The notes under the pieces: generated by a model
The model's input: the letters and a program-made list of their open reading frames with translations, nothing else
Told to the model about the DNA's origin: nothing
Databases searched by the model: none
Made by a program: the position numbers and the translations under genes
NCBI RefSeq assembly: GCF_041146345.1
Contig: NW_027191402.1
Location: forward strand, 744,001-808,000
Source: Neodothiora populina
Lineage: Eukaryota
Length of the DNA stretch: 64,000 nucleotides
Direction: 5' to 3'
Shown: positions 1-12,209 of the stretch, one piece after another
How positions within the stretch are numbered: the stretch's first letter is position 1
Layout of the letters: each line of letters begins with the position of its first letter

Positions 1-330
1 GCCTGCAAAAGTGAAGCCTCCGGCGTAGCTGTGCGGTCCCTTTGCTCCGTTGGGAATGTAGAACCGCAAATTGACGCGGAACAATGCATACAGATATAAG
101 ACGATAATCTCCGGCGCGAGCCCCAGTCCATAGAAGATTCCCCGGCTGAAATACCACGGTGTCGCCTCGCTCACCAGTGGGTCGCTACCAGGCACTACTT
201 GAGGGATTGGTCGTAGGTGGGATGTCCCGGCTTTTATAGCATCCGCAGATGTTAGCAGGAATGACGTTATGCAGACGAGTATGATCTTGGTCCGCATGCT
301 GCCAGCACCGAATTTGTCGTATTCCTGCTT

Positions 331-774
331 GTGCTTGATATGAGGGATCTGACGGACAAGAGTCGAGAGCACCACCACAAGGAGCGGTACAAATGCAACG
401 GCTGCAAAAGTTGTCTCGACACAGAGCTGGATCGTACGATCGATGCGGCGAGTGTTTGTGCTAAGGGTATAGAAAGACTGAATGGAGACCACGATGACCA
501 TGATAACGGAAAGAACCAATATGCCGCAGAACATTGGTACGATTGGCGAGAAGAACTTGCTCCATCCAAAGTGAGGGTGTTGCGCGCGTACAATGCGCTG
601 CGTGAAGAACAGATTGACGAAATACAAGAGGACGGTTCCAACATTCAGGAATATTCCGGCTGCGATCCCAAGTCGGATACTCTGTGGATATACTGCCCAC
701 GCCATTCGCAAACTCATGGTCACGAGTCGGATCCACGAAAGACCTGGAATCGCTCGTCAGTACGCATTTATTAG
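331..774 (+). CDS. Possible exon or remnant of a hypothetical protein (HHHxxxYxCxxCxxC motif)
   Basis: 147-codon ORF with protein-like composition, but a GTG start, stops upstream in all three frames and no recognisable family. Confidence 0.2.
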   Translation: MLDMRDLTDKSREHHHKERYKCNGCKSCLDTELDRTIDAASVCAKGIERLNGDHDDHDNGKNQYAAEHWYDWREELAPSKVRVLRAYNALREEQIDEIQEDGSNIQEYSGCDPKSDTLWIYCPRHSQTHGHESDPRKTWNRSSVRIY

Positions 775-2499
775 TTTCTGACAATGGTTGCCTTACCAGC
801 CATCATGCCACAAAAGACGAACTTTCGACCCATCTTCTTGTCCTTGATCAGTATCAATTGGTGCCAGAGACCTGACAACAAATACAGTGCCATAAAAGCA
901 CCGCATATTGGGATATCAGGTATGATCGTTGGCGTGCCGCCCAAGGCTTGATCAGTCGGCCTGTAGGGAGCTGTCTAGTACATACATCTTCAGCAGATTG
1001 ATCCAATGACACATCTCGCAAGCAGTCAAAAACATACCTGTGTAGTTGAATCAGCCATATCTACAACTCAGTGTTTCCACCAAATAGTGCAAATGTGCAG
1101 CGGATACAAAGAAAGAGTGCGATCTGAAGCAGAAGCGCCTCTGCCACGAAGCAGCGGCCTCCCATGCCTCATGTACGAGCATCATCGCCTGCTACACGAT
1201 GATGCAGTAGCAACAAACGAGGATCCAGCAGCAATGGGGTGGAGAGCCGAAGCGGATCTCAAGAGCATAGTAGAATTAAGGTGTACTTTATCAAGAGATA
1301 GTCGCAGCCACAGCAAAGCAGAGTTCAGTGTCCCTGGGCGGCAGCCCGGATGGCGCTTTGAGCTTGTAGATGCATGACGTTTCGATGTGGCTGGACGGTT
1401 GGACTTTCACGACATGAGAGCCGCATGAGTTTTTCTTGCTCTTATTCGTATATTACGATAGACCTCGAGCGTCTCGAGTAACAGTTGCATTTTCGAGACT
1501 GCATATTACGATATGGACGTAACAGCAAATACACTTTTCGACCGGCAGTGAAAAGGCTTAGAAACCATGTACAGCTCAAATATATCGAGTAAAGTATCTA
1601 TTACGCGGGGTTGGAAGGATAAGGTAAGGTATGTAAGATAGTAGTGGCAGAAGGATGAAAGCGGCACACAATCGTACAGTAAGTACATGCACTGCCTGCA
1701 TAGCATCCATGCAACAAATCAAGATCCCGGTAAACCTCGTCGATCCTGTCCATGCAGACATGCATGCATCAACCTGGTCCAGGGTCGCAAAGTACAGTAC
1801 TCTTCACCCCTCAACGCTGCTGCGATACTTCGACACATGAGCTTGCACGGCGAAGCGGCGGTGGAAATCCCGTTGTTTCTTGATGCTCTGAGATCAAGTT
1901 CGTGTGCTGTGTGCAAAGGTTTCCTGACATGTGTGTCTCACGGTCGATGAAGTCGCCGATGCGCCGACTTTGTTGACTAAGATACCTAACCTGCCTGATA
2001 CAGTACCAGCCTCTCGCGTGGTCTTGACCTGCCTCGTCATGAACTCAATTAATCGTAGACTTGGGTTCATGCCCATCAAGGCTAGGCTCTCAGGATCAAA
2101 TATTGAATATGCTGACTGGGAAGGTCCTTGCTGGCGAGCTTGAGTGTCGCATACTTGGTTGTAGGCTTTGCATGTTGTAGAAGAAGACTACCTGATCTTG
2201 CGTTTTGTACTTGGGAGTTGTTGAAATGGCATGTGCCACACTCAAATGATCATGCTGAACGAAGGTGAGAGAAGAGCCGATCGCTTTGAATCTTTCTGGC
2301 TGCTGTCGCAAGATACTCTGTTGGAGCGATCTCGTAGATAATAAATAATTCGATTTCCTCGATGCGCACAACTTCAATTTCGAAGCGATATCGAGTATGA
2401 ACACGAACGGAAACTTGTGAACGAAGATTACAAGTATCAAGGCGGATGGGTGAGTGACCCTCGAATTACTGGTTGACGCCGGGGCAAAAAAGAGATTCC

Positions 2500-2596
2500 T
2501 GGCGAATCTGGGAATCGAACCCAGGTCGAGACGGTGCTGTAGACCCAATTTCTAGAGCATCCACAACGTCGCATGCTACCCCTACACCAATTCACC
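2500..2596 (-). tRNA. tRNA-His(GUG) with 26-nt intron (2535-2560)
   Basis: Minus strand GGTGAAT/ATTCGCC-A acceptor stem, TGGTGTAGGGG A-box, GGTTCGATTCC B-box, anticodon loop TT-GTG-G^C, intron after position 37, T6 Pol III terminator at 2486-2491. Confidence 0.93.
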
Positions 2597-3039
2597 GTGC
2601 TGTGACGAGTTCGCAAGTGGGTTGGCCCACTCGAGGAATCATGCAAATGACACTTCTTTTACCCGATATATAGTTTGGTGCTCTGCTCCTGTCGCACTGT
2701 ATGTTGAAGGCATGTGGCACGTTCTCCAGTGACATTGTACCTGTAGTGATTGAGCATCTCTGTTACAATCTTCTGCCCAATCAAAAAGGATCAGTCGCAG
2801 ATGTATCGTGCAGTTGCCGATTGCAGTCCTACATTTCCAATGGTAGATAACCTATCACATAAGGTAAGGTATACGACGGACCCTGTGCGACTCGGAGCTG
2901 GCTTCGCGCGTTGGTGGAGCGATCGTATCAAATCGCTTACTGCCATCTGCTGCATCTGGTGGATCCCCCCTAACCATAATCAATCTCTGCAGCAAAAGAC
3001 AGCGATCACAGGCTAGTCGCTGAAAAATGTAAAATAAGA

Positions 3040-3139
3040 TGGACTAGCCGCGAATCGAACGCGGAACCTTCTCCACTCAGGATCACAGCTGGGAAGCTGC
3101 TGATGCTAAGAAGATGTCATACCATTAGACCACAAGCCC
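3040..3139 (-). tRNA. tRNA-Ala(AGC) with 28-nt intron (3076-3103)
   Basis: Minus strand GGGCTTG/CTAGTCC-A acceptor stem with the G3:U70 Ala identity pair, TGGTCTAATGG A-box, GTTCGATTC T-loop, anticodon arm TCTTC-TT-AGC-A^T-GGAGA. Confidence 0.93.
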
Positions 3140-3854
3140 TGGTCACTGATTACTAAGCATTATGTTCCAAATATATCTCTTTGAATAATAATCTAACAAC
3201 GACGATTTTGTATCGCCTCGCCCATGCCGATGATAAGGGGACCCTGTCCGTTCGCGCTGCAGATGACTATATTTGGACAAAGTCCATATAATGGTCATAT
3301 ACAGCCCATTTATATGGCAGATCATGGTGCAAGTGCGGAGTTTTTGAGTCTATCTACAATGACAAACGGTCATTGGATCTTTACTTGGATTTGCCTTGAG
3401 TCGTCCAGATCTTCAACTTCGCGGAAGCATTAGTATTGACTCGTATGGGCATAAATGACGGTCCACTCTGAACGACTCGCAGGCTTGACCAGAGTTGTTT
3501 AGTTTAGCGAGAATCACTCTGGTGCAAAATAATGACCATATGACGTGATTAGAAAAAGTGCTTCACAGCTAAACCAGGCTCGTTGTGGTTGTATGCTGTC
3601 ATGAACGGCGCCACCTATATGACGGTGGACTTCGATCCAGGGCAGGCACAGTATACCATTTGTAATCGCGAAAGACCAAAGGCGAAGGACGCGAAAAAGG
3701 ACACAGACTGTACCGTGCCCTCAGGCTCTCACGAACCATGCCATGGCCAAGACCGGTGCAGCGTCGGCGGGAAGATCCGAGTGATAATCTATGAAGAACA
3801 CAGGCAAAGAACAAAGTGACTCGTTATTTGGGGTGACATGACATGGTCATGGTA

Positions 3855-3874
3855 ATCACGTGAGATATGATTGG
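3855..3874 (-). promoter_or_regulatory. Candidate CBC:HapX bipartite site (CCAAT-N12-GAT) overlapping an E-box CACGTG, upstream of sreA
   Basis: Minus strand CCAAT CATATCTCACGT GAT matches CSAATN12RWT; second CCAAT at 3908-3912; sreA is a known HapX/CBC target in Aspergillus. Confidence 0.65.
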
Positions 3875-4320
3875 CCAGCGGTCATAGTGACCTACGGCTA
3901 GGGTGTGATTGGTCGTGAAGCCCTGCTCTTACACAAAGTACCTCAATGTGACTTTCGCATCCAGGCATTTGTGGGTTGAATAATCAAGCAGTCGCCATTG
4001 AACAGGCAGAAGTTGTCGCTGCGTGCCAGATCCATCTGTTCTCCAATATAGACAAAGGGAGACGGCGTACCAAGAACAATTTCAGCATTAGTTTTATGGT
4101 TTGCCCTGGCATTGCGCCACTATCTGCAACGCAGCTGCGATCAACATAAGACTAGTCTGCTTCCCCGGTTTAGTGTCGAGGCTCGCCAGGCACATCACGT
4201 TCTCGGACCCTCTCCCCCAAGACACACAACGTCAAGGCAGAGAAAGACTGAAAGGTGGTGGGTATATACATGCCTTTATAGCAAACCATCAAAGGGGCCA
4301 GCACGCCACAGTCCTCCGTC

Positions 4321-6186
4321 ATGTCCAATCCGACTCCCTCTGGTCCCTCTGCGTCAAGTGCCACGGCAGCGGCCCTTGCGCCTGGAATCCAGATGCCTCC
4401 AGAACGGACCAAGGAGGAACTGGAACTCGCAGAGCGACTCATCGAACATTCGCAGGGTGCGCGTGTCAACAGTAGAGAACACGCGGCCGCGACTGTGTCA
4501 AAGTCAGAAACACAACCGAGTCAGGCTCAGTTTCAGTCTCATCAAAAACCATCGCAACAACATCAGCAGCAGCAGGAACAACCTCAGCAGCAACCTCAGC
4601 AGCAATCGCAACATCATAATCATCATCTTCATCATCAGCAGCAGGATTCCCAGCTACAACAAGACCAACCACAACAACGTCTAAGTCCTCTTTCTAACGA
4701 TGGCGGACACCGAAGCGGTGAAGATGAGCAGCGACAGACGTCCGAAGAAGGCAACTCCCCCGGACAGAACCTCAGCCTGCCGTCCATTCACGAATTGACC
4801 TGGGTCAAGCAACGTAAACCATTCAATACGGGATTGGGAGGTGCAGGCCAAGTGTGCAGGTGAGTCGCTAATTGCAAAACACTTCTTCATAAATGATGGT
4901 TTACTGACAGTCGCAGTAATTGTGGAACAACGAGAACGCCGCTATGGCGAAGGTCTCCCGCAGGCGACACAATATGCAACGCGTGCGGACTATATCTCAA
5001 GGCGCGTAACCAAATGCGACCAGTCAACTTGAAGCGCGGTTCACAAGGCCCAGCTCCTTCACAGGAACCACCTACCCGAAGTGAGCGCGACGAATCTCCC
5101 AAAGGACTGACCGGAGGTGCAACCTATGTCACGGCAGACACGACAGCCAACGGAACGTGTCCAGGTGGAGGTCGCTGTAATGGAACGGGAGGACACGACG
5201 GATGTAATGGTTGTCCTGCGTACAACAATCGCGTGTCAAAAACTGCGCAGATTGCTCTAGCCCAATCGCGCGATGCTCAAGGAAACACACACGCTGGCGC
5301 CAGCTCTCCTTATCCGCACGCTCAGAACAGCCCCGGTCCCAGTCACACACCTGCTTCATCGGCCAGTGTTGTGGTTGCATGCCAGAACTGCGGTACCACC
5401 ATCACACCTCTATGGAGACGAGACGACAATGGCCACACGATCTGCAATGCATGCGGTCTTTACTACAAATTGCATGGCGTCCATCGTCCTGTTGGCATGA
5501 AAAAGTCGGAAATCAAGCGCCGTCGAAGAGTGATGCCTGCCAGTCACGATGCCGTCCTCGCTCCCTTCTCTGTACAAGCCACACAATCTGTGTCACCGGA
5601 GCCTGCCAGCAGAGTGGCATCTTACAACCACCCTCACGACTCCGAGACTTCACGACCGGTACCCTATACTTCGATCAACCATCAAGCGGGCCATCATCAA
5701 CATCATCACGATCACCACCATGCAGAACCGCAGTCACCGGAGCCGAACAATCGTATACGAGGACCGATCGCCGTGGATTTCACCAATTTCCGCAAGGAGC
5801 CCCGAGCCTTTGTGCCAGAGTCGAGGCAAGAGGACCGTATGTTGCCACCACCTAATCCAAACCCTCGGAAACGTTCCTTCTCATACAGCAACGCTTCCGA
5901 AGAGAGTGGCTCGCCGAGGTCACAACCGAGGCGTTCTCCTCTTACTCCCAAAATGGCGCTCATGGACAGCAAAGAGAAGAACATCGATCCGTCATTGTCG
6001 AGTCTACCACGTTCGCGATCGCCATTAGCGCCCGTCAGCACGCAAGAAGCACGACGAACGGCACCCAGCAGCAGCCCGACTCCCGGTGACTCGAGAGATG
6101 AGAAACGCAGGGCGCTGGAGCTGGAGATGAAGCAGATGCGAGAAATGCTCGCCGCAAAGGAAAGGGAGATGGCAGCCTTGAGCTGA
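4321..6186 (+). CDS. sreA: Iron-responsive GATA repressor of siderophore biosynthesis (SreA/Sre1/Urbs1); exons 4321-4859, 4917-6186
   Basis: Two GATA fingers ([14 protein letters not shown]...CNACGLY after splicing; [14 protein letters not shown]...CNACGLY) flanking the Cys-rich [19 protein letters not shown] region; C-terminal coiled coil; GT-AG intron with CTGAC branch point restores the frame. Confidence 0.96.
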
Positions 6187-7341
6187 GAGGCAAAAACAGG
6201 GGATACAGAAGGAAAAGAAGGTCCATGTAAAAGGGGCTACGAATTACACGAAAGGCATTTTCACAGAGAGTACAGGCGTAGAGAGAATTCGCCTAAGCCC
6301 AGCCAGAAAAAGGGGCCAGGTCTTGGTGGGTCCTTGAAGAAAGGACAGGGCGGAAAAGAAATCAAATAGGAAATCGCGCAAGGGGACGACGGAGCGAGAG
6401 TACTACTTTTACAAGTTCGGTTGCTGTATCCAGCCACTTGTAAGAGGTTTTTTCCTTTTTCTGGTATCGGATCAAGTGAACAAGGGAAACAACAGGAGGA
6501 ACCAGGGGCCGCGCGCATGTGCCTGTTTACAAGCCAGCCCAACGCATCATCAACCCTTTTTGTTTTTCTTCTAGGCGTTTATTTCTGAGTCGAGGTTTCA
6601 GAGACTTCTCTTCTCTACTTATCTTAATTGCATACCCCTATCAATCCACTCATTCCTTCCCCCAAAGCTTTCTGTTTTGCATAGACAATTGTCATGTGAC
6701 GACGACGCTCGACGTGAAATGTGCAGAACCAAGCTCTTCGTCTTAGTTTCCCGATGTTTCCGCTCATTGGTGAATGACCGATCTGTACGAAAACAGCATA
6801 GAGTGCAAAAACCAAGGTCTTTATACCGTAACGTCGTCTACCAGCTACGGATCACAAGTATGAAACAATGTCTCTACCAGCGACCTCAGTGGCCGAAAGT
6901 CAGTCACCCTTTTTCTGGGCATCCGTCTCTGCCAATATATGCTTTGGACACGCTACTCTTATCGCGGGTTGAGACTGGTATCTTAAGTCGTATTTTCTTT
7001 TCTTTTCCTCGTTTCTGGAAGGGGCGTTTAGTGTGGGGGATTGTCTCGTCTGCTGGGTTTGGTCGTCGTTCTTGAGTTGAATTGAGGTGTATATGCTGCC
7101 GTGGCTTTGGTAGGTATAGAAGGACGGTTGGGTCAGAGAACAAGAGGAGAAAGGGAAAGGACTGAAGGAGAAGCAAGACATTGGAACCCCAAGCGAGTCG
7201 AGGTCCTGTTTTCATACATGAAGATAAGCTCCCTAGCAGAATCACCCCATCGCCTAAAGACAAGTCTCCTAGTCCGTGTTCCAGGCATCTTCCCCACTGG
7301 CCAAATGCTCTCCCTACTCTATCCAACCCTTGACCACCTCC

Positions 7342-8239
7342 TCAAAAGGTCACAGTCTCTGTCAAAATGAACGTTCCACACCCCGTCGGACAGCCGGTTA
7401 CGCAGCTCGTCTCGAACGCCGTGACCGTATCTCTCGGTTCTGGACAGCCGCTCTGAAACGCTGGCACAGTAGTGATGGACTCTATGACGCACAGAGGCCG
7501 GATACAGTCCGAGGTATCGACGAAGGGGCAAGTAGGGTTCGGAAGAGTTGTTGTGGCCGTGTAGCAGGATATCGGGGACGGGAGGGGGACGGGGGTTATT
7601 GTTGTTATCGAAGGAGAGTAAATTGGAGATGGGAGGGGTACTGGGGTTACAGAAAGAGAGGAGGGGATCGGGTAGTGAGGTAGAGAGGAGACAGGAGAGA
7701 GAGAAAAAGATGGCAGAGGAGGAAGCCAGACGGGCGGAAAAGGCCTGAAGATTGTAATCGAGGAGAAAGTCGTAGGGATCGGGTCTGTTGGTCTTGTGGG
7801 TTGTCCTGAAACAGTGCCGCTTACACTACTAGTGCTGGTGTTGTAGGTTGCGTAAGGAGGGATGAGATTCGCTGTGGCGGTCACGGTCGTTGTAGTCACT
7901 GCGCACCCGGTCTGGCATGAACAAGACGCTGTGGTGATTGATGTGGGCGTGACGGAACAGAGGCTGTTTGGTGGAGGCAGAGTCACCGTTGTCGTCTCTA
8001 GTCTTATGCATTGCGGTACTGGTGGGCATAGTCTAAGAGATAGACAGCTGAAGTCTTGGACTGTGCTTGTTGCTGTGTAGCATGATGCTGCGTTTACGCT
8101 GGTACATGCAGTGCTTAGTGGCTTGTTGCGAGAATGAGGTGGATGACGGATTGAGGACAGGACTTGTGAGGAAGGTATCGGCCTACCTCGAGCCAAGGGC
8201 GAGAAACAGCAGCAACAGTGAAAGACTTATACACAACAT
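7342..8239 (-). CDS. Secreted Thr/Pro/Cys-rich protein (about 269 aa) with two 8-Cys modules; exons 8239-8187, 8098-7342
   Basis: ATG 8239 encodes signal peptide MLCISLSLLLLFLALGS; intron GTAGGC...CTAAG...CAG (8186-8099) joins it in frame to the 7342..8196 ORF; both modules begin SCYTAT. Confidence 0.8.
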
Positions 8240-9504
8240 CTTTGAAAAGTCCTTTGAAATTGCAGACAAGGACGCGGTCAATGTTCTGGTCAGGAGTCCT
8301 CGAAGGTAGTCGTAATGGACAGGGTGTCTCTATCTTAGTACAGGACTCGACAGCTCAGAAGCAAGGAGGCGCCAATTATCTTGCTGGTATGTATAGGAAT
8401 GGAACAACAAACCACGGCGAGGAAGGACAAGATATATAAAGCAAAGCAAACGATACAACGAAAAAGACCTACCCATCCACTTACACAACCCAATGGAATG
8501 AGGATGTAACTGTGCAACCTACAGCACCTTGCCTATACAGTCCCTCCTGCGGCGATCTACAAAACCGTACGGATCTAAACAACCCCCCCTTCATCCTTCA
8601 TGGAAAACGGTCGATGGCCTAACATGTCAGATGGCATCGACGAAGGATCCCGCTCAGTCCTCAACCAAGTAATACATAAAACCCACCTCACCTTACCTGT
8701 TCTACTGTTTTTCATGTGCACCCCGGGTTTTTCTGTGTCACTTGTTCATGCACTACGACTATTCTTCAGAAGATCGACGACCGACCCCACAATTTGCTGT
8801 TGACCATTACGTCGCACTTGGGAAACGATGCGAGACAGTTTTGTGCGACGGGTGCCTTGGATATGCTGATGGATGTTTAGTCGTTGCGGAGGAAGCAGGG
8901 TGCATGTGCGTGCAGGGCCAAGTGTTCAAGGAGTGCATTCCGATGGATCGTCTCGTGGTTTGCTCCGACGATCTTGGCCTGCATTGATGTCACTTTGTAT
9001 CGCAGTGCCAAGGTCCTGAGTGTCATTTGTCTGAGGTGAGTATGAGATTCAATGGTGATTCGTGATTTTTCTTTTAAGTTGGCGACCCGCGAATATCTCA
9101 TGGGAAGTGGTGATGAAACAGTAAAAGGTCGAGAAAATATAGAACATTTCATAATGGTACAGGACAGTGATACAGAGAAGGAAAAGGAAAGCAGCCCCCG
9201 CTCATTGCAGCAACACGTGAGACTCGTCTCTCTGTACGTGTGACATATGGGGTCCGTCGGTGGTCAGATCAATAGGGTCTCGTCAACGTCTCTTTTCAGA
9301 GATCGCAGTGACGAAACGTACTGCTGCACACGCATATATCAGCAGTCACCTGCGATGACTGTGCTTGGGGGCCTTGAACAAGCAGCCAAGAGCGTTATAT
9401 CACTCCTTCAGACGACATGAGGGGGTGGGATACCATGGAGAAGATGTAACGCTCGTGTTTTGAAAGAAGAAACAGTAACCTAGGTATGCTCCCCCCCCCC
9501 TTCT

Positions 9505-10268
9505 TTACGGAGCCTTGGGCTTCTTGGTGCCGTACTTTGATCGACTGGTGATTCTGTTTCCAACACCACCCTGCGAACGTGTGTTAGACTCTCACCCCTG
9601 CAGGTCGTCAAATGCATTAATGTAATAGACTCACGAGATCGAGGGCGCCTCTGACAAGATGGTACTTTACACCGGGACAATCTTGCGATCTACCACCTCG
9701 GACTAGCACGACCGAGTGCTGCTGCACATTGTGTCCTATATGAAGATCAAGATGTCAGCAGGGGTCTTCGATAACAATCGATTGCCTCAGTTCGATGTCC
9801 ATAGCATGCAAGTTCGTGTCACAGCTCATGTATCAAGTCGAGGATAATCCTCAAAGGGCATAGGAAAAACGTACCTTCACCAGGAATATAAGCAGTGACA
9901 ACCCTTCCATTACTCAATCTGACCCTCGCGACCTTCCTCTCTCCCGAATTGGGTTTCTTAGGCTTCGTGATTCCCACTCTGACGCACACACCCTTCATCT
10001 CAGGTCTGTCTTTGAGCTGGGGAGAAGTGGGCTTGCGCGCACGCTGCTCCACTCTGCAGCCTCGCACTACTTGCATCATTGTCGCGTTGTGTATGGGCGT
10101 CGAGGAGAAGTTTTGGCGGCGGATCAGAGAGGTTATGCTTGAGGGTGATGATATTGATTGGGTCTGCTTGAGGGCGGAGAGTGTTGATGTCGGGGCTGTG
10201 GCGAATGTAGGCGTCAAGCGCGTCGACGCTGGGAGCTGGATCAGGCGGCGGAACATGTTGAGGGCCAT
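9505..10268 (-). CDS. MRPS12: Mitochondrial ribosomal protein uS12m; exons 10268-9875, 9735-9635, 9570-9505
   Basis: [68 protein letters not shown] motifs; Arg/Ser-rich mitochondrial presequence. Confidence 0.96.
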
Positions 10269-10627
10269 GATGATGTTGTGTATGGCTCGTGTAAGTGGTG
10301 ATGATTGTGTTAATCGCCTTTGGGATGGTTTCGAACTTCGAGATTCGAGTTGCGGCGATGCGCGGGAAAGCCAAGACTTTTGTCTTCTACAGAACGACAG
10401 CCCGTGCTGATACTTACGCTGTCAGTATGTGATTGTACTTGTATATACTTGATTTCCTTTATTGCTGTGTTGGATCATTGTAATATTCTATATTCATCTG
10501 TTGTATCCTGCAATATATCTATGGAAAAGTCTATGAAAAGCCGAACTTCCAAGACACTCTACGAGATTTTTGCACCACATGATCCACCTCGTCACGCATA
10601 AATCTCAAAGTTGCATAGGGAACCATC

Positions 10628-11802
10628 TTAGTTGGGGAGGCCAGCCTCACCCTTTCTCCATGCCTCGACACCCTCCTTAGCGGCATCTTGAACGCTGACC
10701 TTGCCCTCGCTGGTAGATATTAGTGTATGCTTTCTGCCAATTACACGGGATAACCTACACAATGCGCTTGACCTCGCTGTGAATCTCCTTCCAGGTATCG
10801 AAGACCGTGAAAGGAATTTTCTCTGATAATCAAGTTAGCTTGGAGTACATCTAGTATATCGGAAAGATGTCTTGCCTGTGACGCAGAATTGGATCAGGTC
10901 GTGGCCCTTCTTGGCGAAGAGGAGATCGGTCTCCTTGGCAGCGGAAAGATCAGAAACACCATCTCCAGCGTAGAACAGAGTTGGTCTCTGGTCGGCAGGC
11001 AACTGTGCATAAGGACGGATGGTCAAAGACTTGTCATGGCCGAAGTCGCTGAGCGTTTTTAGTACAGTCATATGGCAAAGTCACTTCGGGGCAAGAATAC
11101 CTCTCATCGTGGAAGACGAGCTCCCAGCCAGCCTCGTCCTCGAGAGTCTTGCCGGGTCGTGCGCGGACGTGGTTGCTGACAATGTCAAGCTTCTTGGCGT
11201 TCTCACCAACAAGATTCGTCAGGACTGCTCTAATGATAGGCTCCATTCCGGAGGAGACAATGACGGTAGGGATGTCATTGGCAAGGGCCCATGTGAGATA
11301 GTCGTTGAAGCCGGGATCAAGCTTGACGTTCTTGACAAGGTACTCGATACATTCAGGGTAAGGAGTGGTGATGGAGTCCATCATCTCCTTGAAAGACTGA
11401 CTATGATTCAATGAGCATTTACCGGGACAGGGTGAAGCAGAACATAATAGGCTCACCGAAAGCTCTTCTTGCCAACGAGCACATCCTTGTTACCCTGCTT
11501 ACGGAGGTCGGTTCCAAACCCGATGGTGTCGGTCTAAATAGACAGTAAGTCTTCGTTGATCCGAGTATAGGGGCGAATGTTTGCCTACCATGAAATCATT
11601 GCCTATAATTTATTAGCTTCAATTTACATGTGGAACCGCATTTTCCTTTCGGGTTGCCGTGTCTGTTCTTTTATCTCGACATGGGCAACAAAAAAAGGGC
11701 AACATGTGACTCACTGTCTTGTAGAGTAATGGTTCCGTCGAAGTCGGTGAAGAAGATGAACTTAGGGTTCGTCTTCATGGCGGGGAGGTTTGATGCAGCC
11801 AT
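10628..11802 (-). CDS. HAD-family phosphatase (PYP1/YNL010W/MtnX-like); 7 exons: 11802-11715, 11602-11589, 11533-11457, 11400-11101, 11048-10876, 10822-10759, 10709-10628
   Basis: HAD motif I FFTDFDGTIT, motif II IVSSGM, GHDKS lysine, motif IV YAGDGVSDLSAA; six introns reconstruct one frame. Confidence 0.92.
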
Positions 11803-12209
11803 GATGTTTGTTGTTTCTGATGCAAAATACACAAAGTATCGAACAATATGCAGGATATTTAGCGAGATAAGGGAGTGTTATGCAATAGATAAAGAGGGAC
11901 AAAATATTCTAGAACAACACGAGAAGAAGTCGGCGTTGAGGAAATGTTCAACGACTTTAGGTACGAATACCTTAATTTAGCGATTTCAGAAATCTCATGT
12001 TGCGACTGCAGATGACGAAATCGGGCAGGTGATGGACACGGAGGCAGGTCGGCGGACTAAGTCTTGGCTTTCCCGAGCTCTCCCCCGCGGCGGTTGGCGG
12101 TGGGTGTACGTCGGCAACACACTCGAGATACTGAGGACGTATAGTACAAAGGTGTATCAACAACAAGAAGCTTGAGGGAGCTCTGCACATCCGCCCAGCT
12201 TGGACTGAG

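Noticed and set aside
1619..2872. ATAAGGTAAGGTAT present at about 1619 and 2859
   Set aside because: Low-complexity (TAAGG)n motif common in fungal intergenic DNA; no TIR, LTR or target-site duplication
9783..9860. Box C/D snoRNA-like pattern in MRPS12 intron 1 (TTGAGGA ... GACATCGAA-CTGA; 9-nt complement to conserved LSU rRNA TTCGATGTC)
   Set aside because: Box C is non-consensus, the terminal stem is weak and a 9-nt guide is within chance; needs snoscan or small-RNA data
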